Made by a program: the position numbers and the translations under genes. The notes beneath the pieces were generated by a model that saw only the letters and a list, made by a program, of their open reading frames with translations, made no database searches and was not told the DNA's origin. A stretch of DNA of 63,787 nt, counting the filler, from Globobulimina sp. (taxonomy: Eukaryota): NCBI GenBank assembly GCA_003354225.1. It is 53 parts of 53 records of this genome, joined end to end, with 100 filler letters (N's around TTAATTAATTAA, not from the genome) between each part and the next. Parts side by side here need not be neighbours in the genome. Positions count along the whole stretch, not along the records: positions 60,273 to 61,377 come from PIVH01023414.1; positions 61,478 to 62,582 come from PIVH01023415.1; positions 62,683 to 63,787 come from PIVH01023416.1; 50 more parts are not named here. One strand, 5' to 3'. Below, one piece after another: positions 61,369 through 63,787 of this stretch (its first letter is position 1; the number at the start of each line of letters is the position of its first letter).

Positions 61369-62241
61369 TATAAATATNNNNNNNNNNNNNNNNNNNNNNN
61401 NNNNNNNNNNNNNNNNNNNNNTTAATTAATTAANNNNNNNNNNNNNNNNNNNNNNNNNNNNNNNNNNNNNNNNNNNNTAACTATTCTAAAATCACTGAAG
61501 ATGACAGATAACGATATATGTCGTTCAGTAATTATGCATAATCCAAGTATTACATCTCGATTTAAATGCACTGCTGCTTTGATATCACGGCTTCGAGATG
61601 GAACTTGTTGCAACAATAAAACAATGGAAATAATGGAAAGTGCTTTAAATGCTCTAGTATCGTCGATGAAACGACAAAGGAGGAAAGATGTAGCAATGAT
61701 AGCTCCGATCTCAAAAGGTAAGAAAAAGCGAAGAAAGAAAAAATAATTGTTTAATGTTGTGTGATATTAATTGTTTAATGTTTTTGATTCGTAAAATTTG
61801 CATATAACTTGTATAACAGATATAATTTTCGAAATTATGTAATTTAAATAATTGAATTTAAACAATTTAATTTAATATATATCCTCGCAAAAATTTTTTA
61901 GTGACCAATTAAAATTTAAATAATTCCACGCTGACCACGCAAAATTCTGACGTATGTTCAATCAACAACATTTTGCACTCTCGTATTTGCGGTTCAACAT
62001 AAAATTCTCTGAACGAGAAGTCCGATAAAGATGTTAATTCTGAACCTTTATATCCAGTATATTACCGTCATCGCCTAATACTTCAATATTACTGAAGTCA
62101 TCGTGCCAATTTTGATACTGCGATTTTAATTCGCTTGTTGTAAATAAATCAAAGGAAGCTCTCTTATTCAGTGTATATACAAATCAAATTCAGGAAGCTC
62201 TCTTAGTACAAATCAAAGACTATATACAAAGACATAAACCA

Positions 62242-62582
62242 ATGGTAGTTATGGTACAAGAACAGGGATACGGTCAAGAATACAGGGATACGGTCAAGAA
62301 AGAGCATATACACAATGTATCAGATAGTATGTGTTTGGCAACGCACGATAAATATGGAGCAACGGCTGTTTTTGTGCATGAAAGTATTGAGCAATTCCTT
62401 CCAATACCATTTCCAGAAACGATATATGAAGGTATTGAAGGTAAGAATAAAATTCATGGGAGTGCACCAAATTGTATTCCTATCAGTATACAGATCACCC
62501 AATGCAAATGCAGTCGACATTACGCAATTTCAAAAAGTATTAGATGCAGTGTACAACTTCCTTGGTGATAAAAAACCGAATA
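62242..62582 (+). pseudogene. Frameshifted APE endonuclease fragment of a LINE element
   Basis: VVMVQE, GATAVFV and, in another frame, LSVYRSPN; tandem duplication ACAGGGATACGGTCAAGAA x2. Confidence 0.55.
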
Positions 62583-62682
62583 NNNNNNNNNNNNNNNNNN
62601 NNNNNNNNNNNNNNNNNNNNNNNNNNTTAATTAATTAANNNNNNNNNNNNNNNNNNNNNNNNNNNNNNNNNNNNNNNNNNNN

Positions 62683-62875
62683 GATCCTGGAGCGCTATGA
62701 TAGCTAAGATAGAGCTCAATGAGTGATCCTGGAGCTCTATGGTAGCCAGGATAGAGCTCGAAGAGCGATCCTGGAGCACTATGATAGCCAGGATAGAGTT
62801 CGAAGAGCGATCCTGGAACGCTATGATAGCTAGGATAGAGCTCAAAGAGCGATCACGGAGCGCTATGATAGCTAT
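62683..62875. repeat. 42-bp tandem repeat (GATCCTGGAGCGCTATGATAGCYAGGATAGAGCTCRAAGAGC), ~4.7 copies plus degenerate copies to ~63000
   Basis: Units start at 62683, 62725, 62767, 62809, 62851. Confidence 0.9.
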
Positions 62876-63276
62876 TCATTGACTCTTAGAGCGATCGTTA
62901 GTGTATAAGAATAGCTATGACTGAGACAGGATAGCCGGATAGGGCTCGATGAGCGATCCTGGCATGCTATCCTAGCTATTCGCAGACTCTTAGGGCGATC
63001 CCAACAGTACAGGAATCGCCATAATAGACATGATAGAGTAGAGATTATCAATTGCCATGATAGAGCCAATGAATGCTTTTAAGATCGGAATCGTAGACAA
63101 CGAGCAGTTTATTTGGTACTATACCAACTATTTACTGATTCTTTGAGCGATTATAAAGTACAAGAATATAACCAACACAATTTTATAATTTTTTATTCAT
63201 TAAAAATGTAAACGCTACCAAGAACGAATATTTAATGTATTAAAACAATCAGAGTAGTATTTTATAACACATAGCA

Positions 63277-63787
63277 TTATTTCATGGGTACCCCACCACT
63301 AAACATTTGCTGTGCCCTCATTATGAAGCGTTTTTGTGGATCAAATGCCCCATTCATGGCTTCTGCTTCATCTACATTGTAATTTTCATCATTTTCTTCT
63401 GCGCTCACTTCACTCCCATCTTCTATGTCACCCGATTCCTCGTCTTTATCCGATTCGCCATGATCCTTGTCCATTTCTTCATTGTTCTCCTCCTCCCTGT
63501 CATCCTCATCTTCGGTCTTGTCCTCTTCTTCCACTGGCTTGTCACCATTGTCGTTGTCATCGTCATTGTCCTCACCCTCATCCTCATCAGAAATACCATC
63601 TTCAACCAGTCTTTCGTTGATGTCAGCAGAATGAAGACGCAAGTACCTTTTGAGCAAATATTTGCGTTCCTCCCATGCCTTTTCAAAGGCCTCGTCCTCT
63701 TCCAGATTTCTTTCTCGCATGTACAGAACGGCGGTATCTTTCAAATGACCATAAATGGGGTCTTCGTATTTCATGTAATCCGAGAGC
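63277..63787 (-). CDS. Acidic-tail protein resembling Polinton/Maverick accessory ORFs, partial
   Basis: DPIY..LKDTA......LEEDEAFEKAWEERKYLL helix motif followed by a D/E-rich tail; intronless, higher GC. Confidence 0.4.
   Translation of the reverse strand, partial: LSDYMKYEDPIYGHLKDTAVLYMRERNLEEDEAFEKAWEERKYLLKRYLRLHSADINERLVEDGISDEDEGEDNDDDNDNGDKPVEEEDKTEDEDDREEENNEEMDKDHGESDKDEESGDIEDGSEVSAEENDENYNVDEAEAMNGAFDPQKRFIMRAQQMFSGGVPMK

Noticed and set aside
1107-62682. Regularly spaced TTAATTAATTAA as a biological repeat, and any cross-contig gene cluster (e.g. DIRS RNase H plus YR, integron plus cheYC)
   Set aside because: It is an artificial linker inside N runs; contigs appear length-sorted, so adjacency is meaningless
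62683-62875. 42-bp repeats as a CRISPR array
   Set aside because: Units are head-to-tail with no unique spacers and no cas genes
1-63787. rRNA or tRNA genes
   Set aside because: None recognised by eye; tRNAscan-SE and barrnap would be needed to exclude them

Overview
This window is not one locus. It is a concatenation of 53 unrelated contigs of about 1.1 kb (1105-1106 bp, apparently length-sorted), joined by an artificial N44-TTAATTAATTAA-N44 linker, so neighbouring contigs carry no synteny. Most contigs come from an AT-rich protist with short GT-AG introns and the standard code. The gene style (SAM/coiled-coil proteins, Thr/Pro-rich surface proteins, COMMD2, BRO1, TRP channel, DUSP, SLIDE domain) suggests a foraminifer-like rhizarian, but that is an inference. 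At least two contigs are bacterial (an integron cassette array and cheY-cheC), and several look like metazoan repeats. Main signals: (1) a spliced SelW/Rdx-family selenoprotein (C-G-G-U, in-frame TGA at 29254) missed by the ORF track, with a predicted MGICS dual-acylation N-terminus; (2) an integron array with one complete attC and a second attC interrupted, at the expected base, by an antisense group IIC-attC intron; (3) a 17-bp palindrome TTCAGTTT(G/C)AAACTGAA that fills every intron of one gene and builds a large foldback element in an intron of another; (4) a LAGLIDADG-like endonuclease motif on a eukaryotic-looking contig; (5) DIRS, LINE and possibly Polinton-derived fragments. All family calls come from motif recognition by eye; no database searches were run.
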